Positions 52,557-62,752 of a stretch of 64,000 bases of DNA are shown here, one piece after another (the stretch's first letter is position 1; each line of letters starts with the position of its first letter). Made by a program: the position numbers and the translations under genes. Location: NCBI RefSeq assembly GCF_013122565.1, contig NZ_CP053258.1, one strand, 5' to 3'. The notes under the pieces were generated by a model. That model searched no databases and had not been told where the DNA came from. It was given only the letters and a program-made list of their open reading frames with translations. The stretch is from Escherichia coli (GTDB lineage Bacteria; Pseudomonadota; Gammaproteobacteria; Enterobacterales; Enterobacteriaceae).

Positions 52557-53951
52557 TCAGAAGAAGTATTTAAAGCGAACGCGTGCGCCGTAACGGTCAT
52601 CAGTATCATCACCGTGTTTTTTATCACCGTCGCTATCCAGAATTGAGTAATACGTCCCAAGGTAAATATTAAAGTTCTCCATATCCATCACATTAGCGAA
52701 CTGATATGACGCATGAATGGTGTGAATGGTGTACGTCCCTTCATCATCAATCCAGCAGTCGTTATCACAAACTACACCGCTGAATTCATCAATCTTATTG
52801 TGCGCGTAGATATAACCGAGCTCGAAACGTTTCCACAGCGCGTTAATCCCGGCAGTGAAATCTTTCTCATTATTAGCATCTAAATAGGCGGTATTAAGAT
52901 TAACCACAATGCCATTGTCCGGATCCGTTTTCAGGCCATTCCAGGTCATACTCATACCATAGCCGGTACGATCGGACTGATCGACAAAGTTACCCTTACT
53001 ATCGGTATAACCGTAAGCATTATTTACCACGTTCGCTTCCATCGCTGCGGAAACGGTGAATTCTTCCGTCGGCGACCAGGCAATTACCGGACGCAGATAA
53101 GCAACATTTTTCTGCTGCTCCATATCGCGTCCATGATAATTACCGTCATTATATAAAGATGTTCCGTCTTCAAGTAACGTGTTTAATTCAAAATACCAGT
53201 TATCGAGTTGTTTGCTGACGAGGAAATTACCGCCAGCGTTAGAACGCCCGCGGCCCTCTTTCATCATATAGATATAACCGCTGCCATCATCATAAAGATC
53301 GTTCGCAGTATTGCCGGAATGTTCAACAAAGGTATCCTGATTCAGCGGGAACATATCGTAGGCTTCAAAACGGCCTACTTTGACCTTCCAGTCGTTTTCT
53401 TTGCCAAAGAAGAATACCGCATCATCGATATTTACTGAACCGTGCATATCCCCCAGCGGTTGTGCGGAGAACCCGGCGAAATAACCATTATCCAGTTTTC
53501 GCATACCATCAAAACCTAACAGAATACGACCATTGAGATTCCACTGTTCATTAGTGGGATCGCTATTCACATCAGCGTTGGTCATTGCCAGCAGGCCATG
53601 ATTACTTTCCGCATCCATATTAAATTCTACGTCGCCGTAGATTTTTAAATCGCCATAACCTGAAAGCAAAAGATTAGGTGAGGTGGCATTTTTCTTTGCA
53701 GATTCCGCCGTTGTCTGTCCATTTACCGGCATATTGCCCTGGGCAGCCTTAATTTCGCGGATCTCAGCGGCTTGTTGTGTCTGCAGCTGTTTTACCTGCC
53801 CCTCTGCTTTTGCTGCCCGCATTTCTGCCGCTTCCAGGCGTTCTTCCAGCAATGCCATGCGTTGTTCCAGCGTTAAATGCTGTGTTTTTGCCATACCGGT
53901 ACTACATGCCAATAATAAACCGATGGCTAAAGATAATGTCGATTTTTTCAT
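52557..53951 (-). CDS. putative carbohydrate-selective outer-membrane porin (ScrY/BglH/LamB-like) with N-terminal coiled-coil extension
   Basis: 464 aa; signal peptide MKKSTLSLAIGLLLACSTGMA; N-terminus TLEQRMALLEERLEAAEMRAAKAEGQVKQL resembles the ScrY sugar-porin coiled coil; beta-rich body with alternating aromatics; C-terminal ...RVRFKYFF. Confidence 0.6.
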   Translation of the reverse strand: MKKSTLSLAIGLLLACSTGMAKTQHLTLEQRMALLEERLEAAEMRAAKAEGQVKQLQTQQAAEIREIKAAQGNMPVNGQTTAESAKKNATSPNLLLSGYGDLKIYGDVEFNMDAESNHGLLAMTNADVNSDPTNEQWNLNGRILLGFDGMRKLDNGYFAGFSAQPLGDMHGSVNIDDAVFFFGKENDWKVKVGRFEAYDMFPLNQDTFVEHSGNTANDLYDDGSGYIYMMKEGRGRSNAGGNFLVSKQLDNWYFELNTLLEDGTSLYNDGNYHGRDMEQQKNVAYLRPVIAWSPTEEFTVSAAMEANVVNNAYGYTDSKGNFVDQSDRTGYGMSMTWNGLKTDPDNGIVVNLNTAYLDANNEKDFTAGINALWKRFELGYIYAHNKIDEFSGVVCDNDCWIDDEGTYTIHTIHASYQFANVMDMENFNIYLGTYYSILDSDGDKKHGDDTDDRYGARVRFKYFF

Positions 53952-54428
53952 TATTTACGTTCCCTGAAATAAAGGAGACCCTACGCTTTCCAAAAGGAAT
54001 ACGTATATAGAGAAATATAAGGTGTGCACTTTCGAATTTTTAATCCAACTTCAGCAGGCCGATGGATAGTATCCCGCCGCATAATATGAGTAAATCCGCT
54101 GATTTCCTGGAACGTGAGGAATATAACAATAGTGCCGTTTTTAACTAAATATCGTAAAAAATATTAGATATGATTCACGCTGACTCATAAGCCACAAATA
54201 TAAATAACGTTTAGACAAATTATCTGAGACATTTAAACATTCACAAAATCATTAAATAATAACTCTTTATTCACAAGATTTATTTTACCTACTAATATGT
54301 GCCTTACGCCGCAAAATTTATCCTTCACTCTGCTTTATATTGTCACGACTTCACGACATATCCGCGCTCATCACAAACACGCCTCGCTATTACAATTAAC
54401 TGAAATATTTTTTCATGGAGTCCGATTT

Positions 54429-54875
54429 ATGGCAGCTCTTACTGCAAGCTGTATTGACCTGAATATTCAGGGCAATGGCGCTTATTCCGTTCTGAAGCAG
54501 TTGGCGACAATAGCGTTACAAAACGGTTTTATCACCGACTCACACCAGTTCCTGCAAATTCTGCTGCTGCGCGAAAAAATGCACTCCACCGGTTTTGGTT
54601 CCGGCATCGCCGTGCCGCACGGTAAAAGCGCCTGCGTTAAACAACCGTTCGTGTTATTCGCCCGCAAAGCGCAGGCCATTGACTGGAAAGCCAGCGACGG
54701 CGAAGACGTCAATTGCTGGATCTGCCTCGGCGTGCCGCAAAGCGGCGAAGAGGATCAGGTCAAAATCATCGGCACACTGTGTCGCAAAATTATTCACAAG
54801 GAATTTATTCATCAACTGCAACAGGGCGATACCGACCAGGTGCTTGCCTTGTTAAATCAAACCCTCAGCTCATAA
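54429..54875 (+). CDS. frvA: PTS fructose-like EIIA component
   Basis: MAALTASCIDLNIQGNGAYSVLKQLATIALQNGFITDSHQFLQILLLREKMHSTGFGSGIAVPHGKS...; 148 aa. Confidence 0.92.
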   Translation: MAALTASCIDLNIQGNGAYSVLKQLATIALQNGFITDSHQFLQILLLREKMHSTGFGSGIAVPHGKSACVKQPFVLFARKAQAIDWKASDGEDVNCWICLGVPQSGEEDQVKIIGTLCRKIIHKEFIHQLQQGDTDQVLALLNQTLSS

Positions 54876-54885
54876 GGAAGTGGCG

Positions 54886-56337
54886 ATGGAGTCATCCTTA
54901 CGTATTGTCGCGATCACCAACTGCCCCGCCGGGATCGCTCACACCTACATGGTGGCGGAAGCCCTGGAACAGAAAGCCCGTTCTCTCGGCCATACCATAA
55001 AAGTGGAAACTCAAGGGTCCAGTGGCGTTGAAAACCGCTTATCCAGCGAAGAGATTGCCGCTGCCGATTACGTGATTCTCGCCACCGGGCGTGGCCTGAG
55101 CGGTGACGATCGCGCGCGGTTTGCCGGGAAAAAGGTTTATGAGATTGCCATCTCCCAGGCGCTGAAAAATATCGATCAGATTTTCAGCGAATTACCAACA
55201 AACTCGCAGCTTTTTGCCGCAGATAGCGGCGTGAAGCTAGGCAAACAGGAAGTACAAAGCGGCAGCGTGATGAGCCACCTGATGGCGGGCGTCTCTGCGG
55301 CGCTGCCGTTTGTCATCGGCGGTGGTATCCTGGTGGCGCTTGCCAACATGCTGGTGCAGTTCGGTTTGCCATATACCGATATGTCGAAAGGCGCGCCGTC
55401 GTTTACCTGGGTAGTTGAATCCATCGGTTACCTTGGCTTCACCTTTATGATCCCCATCATGGGCGCTTATATTGCCTCGTCGATTGCCGATAAACCGGCT
55501 TTCGCTCCGGCGTTTCTGGTTTGCTATCTGGCGAACGACAAAGCGCTGCTCGGCACCCAGTCGGGTGCGGGATTCCTCGGCGCGGTGGTGCTGGGGCTGG
55601 CGATTGGCTATTTCGTCTTCTGGTTCCGCAAAGTGCGCCTTGGCAAAGCATTACAACCTCTGCTCGGTTCAATGCTTATCCCGTTCGTTACTCTGCTGGT
55701 TTTTGGCGTACTGACTTACTACGTTATCGGACCGGTGATGTCCGATATTATGGGCGGGCTGCTGCACTTCCTGAATACCATTCCTCCATCAATGAAGTTT
55801 GCGGCGGCGTTTCTGGTTGGTGCGATGCTGGCGTTCGATATGGGCGGCCCCATCAATAAAACTGCCTGGTTCTTCTGCTTCTCACTGCTGGAAAAACACA
55901 TTTATGACTGGTATGCCATCGTCGGCGTTGTCGCGCTGATGCCGCCCGTCGCGGCGGGTCTTGCAACGTTCATTGCGCCCAAACTGTTTACCCGACAGGA
56001 AAAAGAGGCTGCCAGTAGTGCCATTGTGGTCGGTGCCACAGTCGCAACCGAACCGGCTATTCCTTACGCTCTGGCAGCTCCGTTGCCGATGATTACCGCC
56101 AATACGCTGGCGGGCGGTATTACCGGCGTGCTGGTGATCGCTTTCGGAATCAAACGTCTGGCGCCGGGTTTGGGTATCTTTGACCCGCTGATCGGCCTGA
56201 TGTCACCGGTGGGTTCGTTTTATCTGGTGCTGGCGATTGGCCTTGCGCTAAACATTTCATTCATTATCGTCCTGAAAGGATTGTGGTTACGCCGCAAAGC
56301 GAAAGCCGCGCAACAGGAGCTTGTCCATGAACATTGA
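54886..56337 (+). CDS. frvB: PTS fructose-like EIIBC component
   Basis: MESSLRIVAITNCPAGIAHTYMVAEALEQKARSLGHT...; EIIB CPAG cysteine motif plus EIIC membrane domain. Confidence 0.92.
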   Translation: MESSLRIVAITNCPAGIAHTYMVAEALEQKARSLGHTIKVETQGSSGVENRLSSEEIAAADYVILATGRGLSGDDRARFAGKKVYEIAISQALKNIDQIFSELPTNSQLFAADSGVKLGKQEVQSGSVMSHLMAGVSAALPFVIGGGILVALANMLVQFGLPYTDMSKGAPSFTWVVESIGYLGFTFMIPIMGAYIASSIADKPAFAPAFLVCYLANDKALLGTQSGAGFLGAVVLGLAIGYFVFWFRKVRLGKALQPLLGSMLIPFVTLLVFGVLTYYVIGPVMSDIMGGLLHFLNTIPPSMKFAAAFLVGAMLAFDMGGPINKTAWFFCFSLLEKHIYDWYAIVGVVALMPPVAAGLATFIAPKLFTRQEKEAASSAIVVGATVATEPAIPYALAAPLPMITANTLAGGITGVLVIAFGIKRLAPGLGIFDPLIGLMSPVGSFYLVLAIGLALNISFIIVLKGLWLRRKAKAAQQELVHEH

Positions 56338-57397
56338 GTTACTGCAACAGTTGTGCGAAGCCAGCGCCGTCAGCGGCGATGAACAGGAAGTTCGCAATAT
56401 CCTCATCAAGAAGCTGGAGCCTTGCGTTAATGAGATCACCTTTGATGGTCTGGGCAGCTTTGTCGCCCGTAAGGGGAATAAAGGTCCAAAAGTTGCCGTT
56501 GTCGGGCATATGGATGAAGTCGGCTTTATGGTCACCCACATCGACGAGAGCGGTTTTCTGCGTTTCACCACCATTGGTGGCTGGTGGAATCAGTCGATGC
56601 TCAACCACCGGGTAACCATACGCACACACAAGGGAGTGAAAATCCCTGGTGTGATTGGTTCCGTCGCGCCTCATGCGTTAACCGAAAAACAAAAGCAACA
56701 ACCGCTGTCATTTGATGAGATGTTCATTGATATTGGTGCAAACAGTCGCGAAGAGGTGGAAAAACGCGGCGTGGAAATTGGCGATTTTATTAGCCCGGAA
56801 GCCAATTTTGCCTGCTGGGGCGAAGATAAAGTGGTCGGCAAGGCACTGGATAATCGCATCGGCTGCGCAATGATGGCTGAGCTATTACAGACAGTAAATA
56901 ACCCCGAAATTACGCTGTATGGTGTTGGCAGTGTGGAAGAAGAAGTTGGGCTACGCGGGGCACAAACCTCGGCTGAACACACTAAACCGGATGTGGTGAT
57001 CGTGCTGGATACTGCTGTCGCAGGTGATGTTCCGGGCATTGATAACATAAAATACCCTCTGAAACTGGGCCAGGGGCCGGGGCTGATGCTGTTTGACAAG
57101 CGCTACTTCCCCAACCAGAAACTGGTAGCAGCGTTAAAAAACTGTGCCGCACATAACGATTTACCGCTGCAATTTTCCACCATGAAAACCGGAGCGACGG
57201 ATGGCGGGCGCTACAACGTAATGGGCGGCGGGCGTCCGGTTGTCGCGCTGTGTCTGCCAACTCGCTATCTGCACGCTAACAGCGGTATGATTTCAAAAGC
57301 CGATTACGATGCTCTGCTCACGCTGATACGGGATTTTCTGACGACCTTAACTGCGGAGAAAGTCAACGCGTTTAGCCAGTTCCGTCAGGTGGATTAA
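56321..57397 (+). CDS. frvX: M42-family aminopeptidase/endoglucanase-like protein FrvX
   Basis: 358-aa ORF; synteny within the frv operon. Confidence 0.9.
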   Translation: MSMNIELLQQLCEASAVSGDEQEVRNILIKKLEPCVNEITFDGLGSFVARKGNKGPKVAVVGHMDEVGFMVTHIDESGFLRFTTIGGWWNQSMLNHRVTIRTHKGVKIPGVIGSVAPHALTEKQKQQPLSFDEMFIDIGANSREEVEKRGVEIGDFISPEANFACWGEDKVVGKALDNRIGCAMMAELLQTVNNPEITLYGVGSVEEEVGLRGAQTSAEHTKPDVVIVLDTAVAGDVPGIDNIKYPLKLGQGPGLMLFDKRYFPNQKLVAALKNCAAHNDLPLQFSTMKTGATDGGRYNVMGGGRPVVALCLPTRYLHANSGMISKADYDALLTLIRDFLTTLTAEKVNAFSQFRQVD

Positions 57398-59145
57398 TGC
57401 TAAACGAACGCCAGTTAAAGATTGTCGATCTGCTGGAGCAACAGCCGCGCACGCCTGGCGAGCTGGCGCAACAGACTGGCGTTTCAGGCAGGACCATCCT
57501 GCGTGATATTGACTATCTCAACTTTACCCTTAACGGCAAAGCCCGCATTTCCGCCAGTGGTAACGCGGGCTATCAGTTGGAAATCTTCGAACGCCGCAGC
57601 TTTTTTCAGTTGCTGCAAAAGCACGATAACGACGATCGGCTGCTGGCGCTGTTATTACTGAATACTTTCACTCCCCGCGCGCAACTCGCCTCGGCGCTTA
57701 ATTTGCCAGAAACGTGGGTCGCAGAGCGTCTGCCACGATTAAAGCAACGTTATGAGCGCACTTGCTGCCTGGCCAGTCGCCCCGGTTTGGGCCATTTCAT
57801 TGATGAGACAGAAGAGAAACGCGTTATATTGCTGGCGAACTTGCTGCGCAAAGATCCGTTTTTAATTCCGCTGGCGGGCGTAACACGAGACAACCTTCAG
57901 CATTTATCCACGGCCTGCGACAACCAACACCGCTGGCCGCTGATGCAGGGTGATTATCTCTCCAGCCTGATTCTGGCTATTTACGCCCTGCGTAATCAAC
58001 TGACCGATGAGTGGCCGCAATATCCCGGTAACGAGATAAAACAAATCGTTGAACAGAGCGGCCTGTTTCTTGGTGATAACGCTGTAAGAACCCTGACGGG
58101 TTTGATAGAGAAACAACATCAGCAAGCGCAAATAATTTCTGCCGATAATGTGCAGGGGTTGCTGCAAAGGGTGCCGGGTATCGCGTCATTGAATATTATT
58201 GATACGCAGCTGGTTGAGAACATTACCGGGCATTTATTACGTTGCCTTGCCGCCCCGGTGTGGATTGCTGAGCATCGCCAAAGCAGCATGAATAACCTGA
58301 AAGCCGCCTGGCCTGCGGCCTTTGATATGAGTCTGCACTTTATTACGCTACTGCGTGAACAGCTCGATATTCCCCTTTTCGACAGCGATCTGATCGGTTT
58401 GTATTTTGCCTGTGCGCTGGAACGACATCAAAACGAACGCCAGCCGATCATTTTGCTCTCGGACCAGAACGCGATTGCCACTATTAATCAGCTCGCCATT
58501 GAGCGCGATGTTTTACATTGTCGGGTGATTATTGCCCGTAGCTTAAGCGAACTTGTTGCCATTCGCGAAGAGATTGAGCCGTTATTGATCATTAACAACA
58601 GCCATTATTTACTGGATGACGCGGTAAATAATTACATCACCGTAAAAAATATCATTACGGCTGCCGGTATCGAACAAATAAAACATTTTCTGGCGACGGC
58701 ATTTATTCGCCAGCAACCGGAGCGTTTTTTCTCTGCCCCCGGAAGTTTTCATTATTCGAATGTACGCGGTGAAAGCTGGCAACATATTACCCGGCAAATT
58801 TGTGCGCAATTAGTCGCACAACACCATATTACCGCCGATGAAGCGCAACGGATCATCGCCCGCGAAGGCGAAGGTGAAAACCTGATTGTTAATCGCCTCG
58901 CCATCCCACATTGCTGGAGCGAACAGGAGCGACGTTTTCGTGGATTTTTTATTACCCTCGCCCAACCAGTTGAGGTGAATAACGAAGTCATTAACCATGT
59001 CTTGATCGCCTGCGCCGCCGCCGATGCGCGTCATGAGCTAAAAATATTTAGCTATCTGGCAAGCGTATTGTGTCAGCATCCGGCAGAAGTTATTGCCGGG
59101 TTAACAGGATATGAGGCATTTATGGAGTTACTTCACAAGGGGTGA
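57397..59145 (+). CDS. frvR: putative frv operon regulator (HTH plus PTS regulation domains)
   Basis: 582 aa; N-terminal HTH MLNERQLKIVDLLEQQPRTPGELAQQTGVSGRTILRDIDYLN; synteny. Confidence 0.9.
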   Translation: MLNERQLKIVDLLEQQPRTPGELAQQTGVSGRTILRDIDYLNFTLNGKARISASGNAGYQLEIFERRSFFQLLQKHDNDDRLLALLLLNTFTPRAQLASALNLPETWVAERLPRLKQRYERTCCLASRPGLGHFIDETEEKRVILLANLLRKDPFLIPLAGVTRDNLQHLSTACDNQHRWPLMQGDYLSSLILAIYALRNQLTDEWPQYPGNEIKQIVEQSGLFLGDNAVRTLTGLIEKQHQQAQIISADNVQGLLQRVPGIASLNIIDTQLVENITGHLLRCLAAPVWIAEHRQSSMNNLKAAWPAAFDMSLHFITLLREQLDIPLFDSDLIGLYFACALERHQNERQPIILLSDQNAIATINQLAIERDVLHCRVIIARSLSELVAIREEIEPLLIINNSHYLLDDAVNNYITVKNIITAAGIEQIKHFLATAFIRQQPERFFSAPGSFHYSNVRGESWQHITRQICAQLVAQHHITADEAQRIIAREGEGENLIVNRLAIPHCWSEQERRFRGFFITLAQPVEVNNEVINHVLIACAAADARHELKIFSYLASVLCQHPAEVIAGLTGYEAFMELLHKG

Positions 59146-59194
59146 ACTGTGTCGGATGCGCCGCATCCGACACTGCATTTATCATCAAAAACGT

Positions 59195-60250
59195 TTAACG
59201 CAGGCTATTATAGTCATCAACCATTTCGTTGTACTCGCGTAACGCGCGTGGAAATGAGTCTTCGACCATCCAGCTTGTGTTTGCATCCTGAAGATGCTCT
59301 TTATCCCAGTCAGAGTACGGGACTTTATCTCTGACGCGGCGAACATATTTTTTAGTCTCGAGTTGATACTGGTCTGCCGAATTAATGAACGAGAAATTCA
59401 TACCGCCTTTATCCGCTTCTTTGGCCTGCGCTACCAGCGTTTCCAGTTCAGAGACTTTCTTCATTGCCGCATCAACATCAAACTTCTCTTGCGATATCAG
59501 GTTATTAATTTGTTTCGCTGAAATCATGACTGCCAGAGAGTAGTAGTGGAATGTTTTCCCTTCTCTTTCTTCAATATTTTTCAGTTCCGCAAGCTGACGC
59601 TTATCGTTAATTTCCTGAATCGCCGCATGATAAGATTCTGCTACAGGTTCAAAGGCTTCCAGATTTTTTAAGAATGTCTGGTGCAGCGTTTTCCCTTTCG
59701 CAAACGCATCGTCTTTATAATTTTCCTGGGTGTAATATTTATCCATTTCGTTAATGGTATTACCCAACGCCACGGCAGCATCGATATAACTCACCGCCAC
59801 GCCATCAATTGGTTGCAGCGCAGGCGTTAACGCCACGACTCTTTTTATTCCTTTTTGACACTCAGAGAGATTGGATTCACTAATGCCGTAAATGCCATAA
59901 ACAAGGCTCTCTCTACCCGTTGGCCCCTGTTTAAAATCTTTCAGCCAGTCAGCGTAACGCGCCAGACTGTTCTGTACAGGAATCTGTAACTTGTTGTAGC
60001 ACTTGATATAGACATCCATTTTTTCGTCGAAAACCGCTTGTTCATCGACCACCGGTTGCGCAGGCGTTTCAGGTTTAACTTCTGCTTTTGCAACGGGAGC
60101 TTCAGTAGGTTTCGCTTCAGGAGCTGGTGCGGCAGGTTGACTATTGGCAGGCGGGGGCGTTTCTGTTTCGGCTTTTTTATCATCACAACCCGTGAGACCG
60201 AGGGACATGATGGCGACTATAATAGCGGAAGATAATAAATTCCTTTTCAT
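59195..60250 (-). CDS. yiiG: DUF3829-family lipoprotein YiiG
   Basis: 351 aa; lipobox MSLGLTGC; Pro/Ala-rich linker; convergent with frvR as in K-12. Confidence 0.9.
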   Translation of the reverse strand: MKRNLLSSAIIVAIMSLGLTGCDDKKAETETPPPANSQPAAPAPEAKPTEAPVAKAEVKPETPAQPVVDEQAVFDEKMDVYIKCYNKLQIPVQNSLARYADWLKDFKQGPTGRESLVYGIYGISESNLSECQKGIKRVVALTPALQPIDGVAVSYIDAAVALGNTINEMDKYYTQENYKDDAFAKGKTLHQTFLKNLEAFEPVAESYHAAIQEINDKRQLAELKNIEEREGKTFHYYSLAVMISAKQINNLISQEKFDVDAAMKKVSELETLVAQAKEADKGGMNFSFINSADQYQLETKKYVRRVRDKVPYSDWDKEHLQDANTSWMVEDSFPRALREYNEMVDDYNSLR

Positions 60251-60444
60251 TTAATTGCCTTATAAATATATAGATAAGAGAGATAATATTTTAAATGAAA
60301 AAATGATCCGTCACTATACACATCTTGCTTATAAACAAACCGAAATTATTCATACCCCAAATAATTCCTGCGACTTAAAATATAAATCGCAGGAAGCTAT
60401 TTTAATTACCCGCTCTACCAGTGGCGCAGGATATAAACTCTCAC

Positions 60445-62751
60445 CTACATTCCATAACGTTCAGAAATAGCAGCATGTTTCTCTTCATTCGCCCCGGCTT
60501 CTTTGGCAAGACGCCACCAGCACAACGGATGTTCCCAGTCAGCGGTCAATTCGTGCAAGGTCTTATCGATATCACCTTTAGAAACTGAACGCGGCGCACT
60601 GATAACAAAGTAGAATGCGGGAAGTGGCTGCGCATCTTCACCCTGATGACTGTCCGTTAACGTATAGTCGTCATTACTGTTGCTCCAGTAGTACCAGTTT
60701 CGTTCGCGGAGCGCCTCACGGAAGGCATTAAACTGTTCTTCACCAGGCATGACACCTTCGCAGAACCAGGACTCGCCGTATTCGGTCGGAATAATGGTTT
60801 GCAGGCAGGCATAAAGTGGCGTGAAATTCTTCTGCTCTTCCTCATCCTCTGGTCGGGAGTTCAACATTTCTGCATCGAATACCACAACTTCATCAACATG
60901 TTGCGGATAATCGGTCCGGTAAGTTGGCTCAATGATCCTTGCTGTTACCGGCCCAATACGTTGAGCATAGTAATAGCGGTATTCATAATTTTCCCGGAAG
61001 CGGATGTTTAACAACCCCCATTTTTCGTCAATAAAACCTTCGCCTTCCGTGAGTTCGATTTCCAGTTCAGCAGCAATAGCACGAACCAAATCCCATTGTT
61101 GCAGGATGCTGGCGGTCGCCATGATATCCCACTGGAGATTTCGAATATCTTCTTCACGGCTAATCATCAGTTGCTGCAATTGCTGTAAATAATCCAGTTG
61201 TCGATCCCAGGCTTCCTGTTTTTGTGCTGCCCAGGAGCACATGCGATAAACGCCAACCCACTCACGCCCTTTTTCGTGTTGCAGCAACTGTTGCCCAATC
61301 GACTCCAGTTCACTCCAGTCTTCCTGTTGGTTGATCACTCGCGCGCGGAACCACAAGGCCATATGTAGCAGCCCCGCCTGTTCATACTGCTTCGCCAGAT
61401 GCTCGATAGTTTGCAAATCGTCACGGTGGAGCAAGAGATCCAACAGATCGAAGCAAAGTCCATTATCTTCCTGAAGATGGCTTTCAACGTAGCGTTGCAG
61501 GAGTTCAATCGATTCATCAATCGCATTGCAGGCGTTTAACGCATTGACCAGCTTGCCCAGCAATTCCGCATCATCAGGCGTGTTCAGATAAGCGCGGCGG
61601 AATGTTTCTACGTCTTTTTCTGGATCTGGCTGCGTTTCTTCATCGCTATTTTCAGGTACTTCTACAACCGGACGAGCCAGCAACTCTGCTTCTTTGGCGG
61701 CTATTTTTTCACTCAGTTCGAGAAATTCGCGATCGACGCCCAGTAACGCGCGTAATTTTGGCATGTGTCGCTGGGCCAGTTTCATCGCTATTTTGGCAAC
61801 CCAGACGGATTCACGCTCCAGCGCCAGGGTAATTTGCAGTTTCGCCAGATCAACCACTTTGCGGTGCGCCCCGGCCTGTGAACGTTGCTCCAGCATTTTC
61901 TGGATGATGCGCGCCAGTTGCCAGTTGTTTCTTTGTGGATGACGGGGAAGTAACACAGTAATGATTTTCAGCCATGACCCCCATGAATGCGGAGTCAGAT
62001 CGGACCAACGCGGTAATTCCTCCCAGACTTCTTCGTCCTGCCCGCATAACGCCATGATGTACAGTTTTTTTAGGTGATTACTAATGCGGTCGCGGCCCCA
62101 GTAATCATTGCTTTCTGTCAGCTCATCAATCAGTTTGCGTGCTTCATCATAACGCTGAAGTTCAATCAGAATATCGGCGCGAGTATAAAGTAATGGATCA
62201 AAATCATCTTCCCCGGCGGCTTTAACCGCGTCGATTTGCCGATCCAGATAAGCCAGTGCCTCCTCTGTTCTTTTGGAATCTATCAGTGCACTGGCATATT
62301 CAGTGGACAAACACTGAAAACAGCTCCAGGTTGCATCAATGCGCGCGATGGTTTCTTCACACACCGCCATGCGTTCATTCGCCCAGCCAGGTGCATCAAT
62401 ATTTTCGTAGCAGGCGGATAAATCCTGGGTAACGCAGATAGATTGCGGGCAATCTTTCGCCTCTTCCCGGTGCGCTTTTTCAAACAGCGCCACCACGTCT
62501 GGCAGTACTTTTTCGCCTTCTTCGCGGTTAGTGAGACGATGGCGCATTTCCCAGTGACCAATAAAAATCTCCAGCCACGGATTTTTTGCCACCTGGGTAA
62601 GCGCTTTTACTTCAGGTAATAGCGAATCGCACTTTTCCATTTGCAGGTGCATAACGCCTTCCGAATAATCATCGATAAGTTGCGGAATATACTCCTGCCC
62701 GGCATCGCGCAACTCCTTAGTATATTTATGGTACCAATCCCATATATCCAT
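60445..62751 (-). CDS. large (768 aa) protein of unknown function, operon partner of the Hsp90 paralog
   Basis: Complete ORF MDIWDWYHKYTKELRDAGQEYIPQLIDDYSEGV...; start is 2 nt from the stop of the upstream Hsp90-like gene; acidic, no signal peptide or TM segment, no motif I recognise. Confidence 0.7.
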   Translation of the reverse strand: MDIWDWYHKYTKELRDAGQEYIPQLIDDYSEGVMHLQMEKCDSLLPEVKALTQVAKNPWLEIFIGHWEMRHRLTNREEGEKVLPDVVALFEKAHREEAKDCPQSICVTQDLSACYENIDAPGWANERMAVCEETIARIDATWSCFQCLSTEYASALIDSKRTEEALAYLDRQIDAVKAAGEDDFDPLLYTRADILIELQRYDEARKLIDELTESNDYWGRDRISNHLKKLYIMALCGQDEEVWEELPRWSDLTPHSWGSWLKIITVLLPRHPQRNNWQLARIIQKMLEQRSQAGAHRKVVDLAKLQITLALERESVWVAKIAMKLAQRHMPKLRALLGVDREFLELSEKIAAKEAELLARPVVEVPENSDEETQPDPEKDVETFRRAYLNTPDDAELLGKLVNALNACNAIDESIELLQRYVESHLQEDNGLCFDLLDLLLHRDDLQTIEHLAKQYEQAGLLHMALWFRARVINQQEDWSELESIGQQLLQHEKGREWVGVYRMCSWAAQKQEAWDRQLDYLQQLQQLMISREEDIRNLQWDIMATASILQQWDLVRAIAAELEIELTEGEGFIDEKWGLLNIRFRENYEYRYYYAQRIGPVTARIIEPTYRTDYPQHVDEVVVFDAEMLNSRPEDEEEQKNFTPLYACLQTIIPTEYGESWFCEGVMPGEEQFNAFREALRERNWYYWSNSNDDYTLTDSHQGEDAQPLPAFYFVISAPRSVSKGDIDKTLHELTADWEHPLCWWRLAKEAGANEEKHAAISERYGM

Positions 62752-62752
62752 T

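Noticed and set aside
52079-52660. 193-aa minus-strand ORF spanning rhaD 3' end, rhaM and the porin 3' end
   Set aside because: Overlaps three better-supported genes in antisense or alternate frame.
60255-60470. 71-aa plus-strand ORF between yiiG and the 768-aa gene
   Set aside because: Sits in an AT-rich promoter/terminator region, overlaps the 768-aa gene 3' end, and has no RBS; more likely non-coding.
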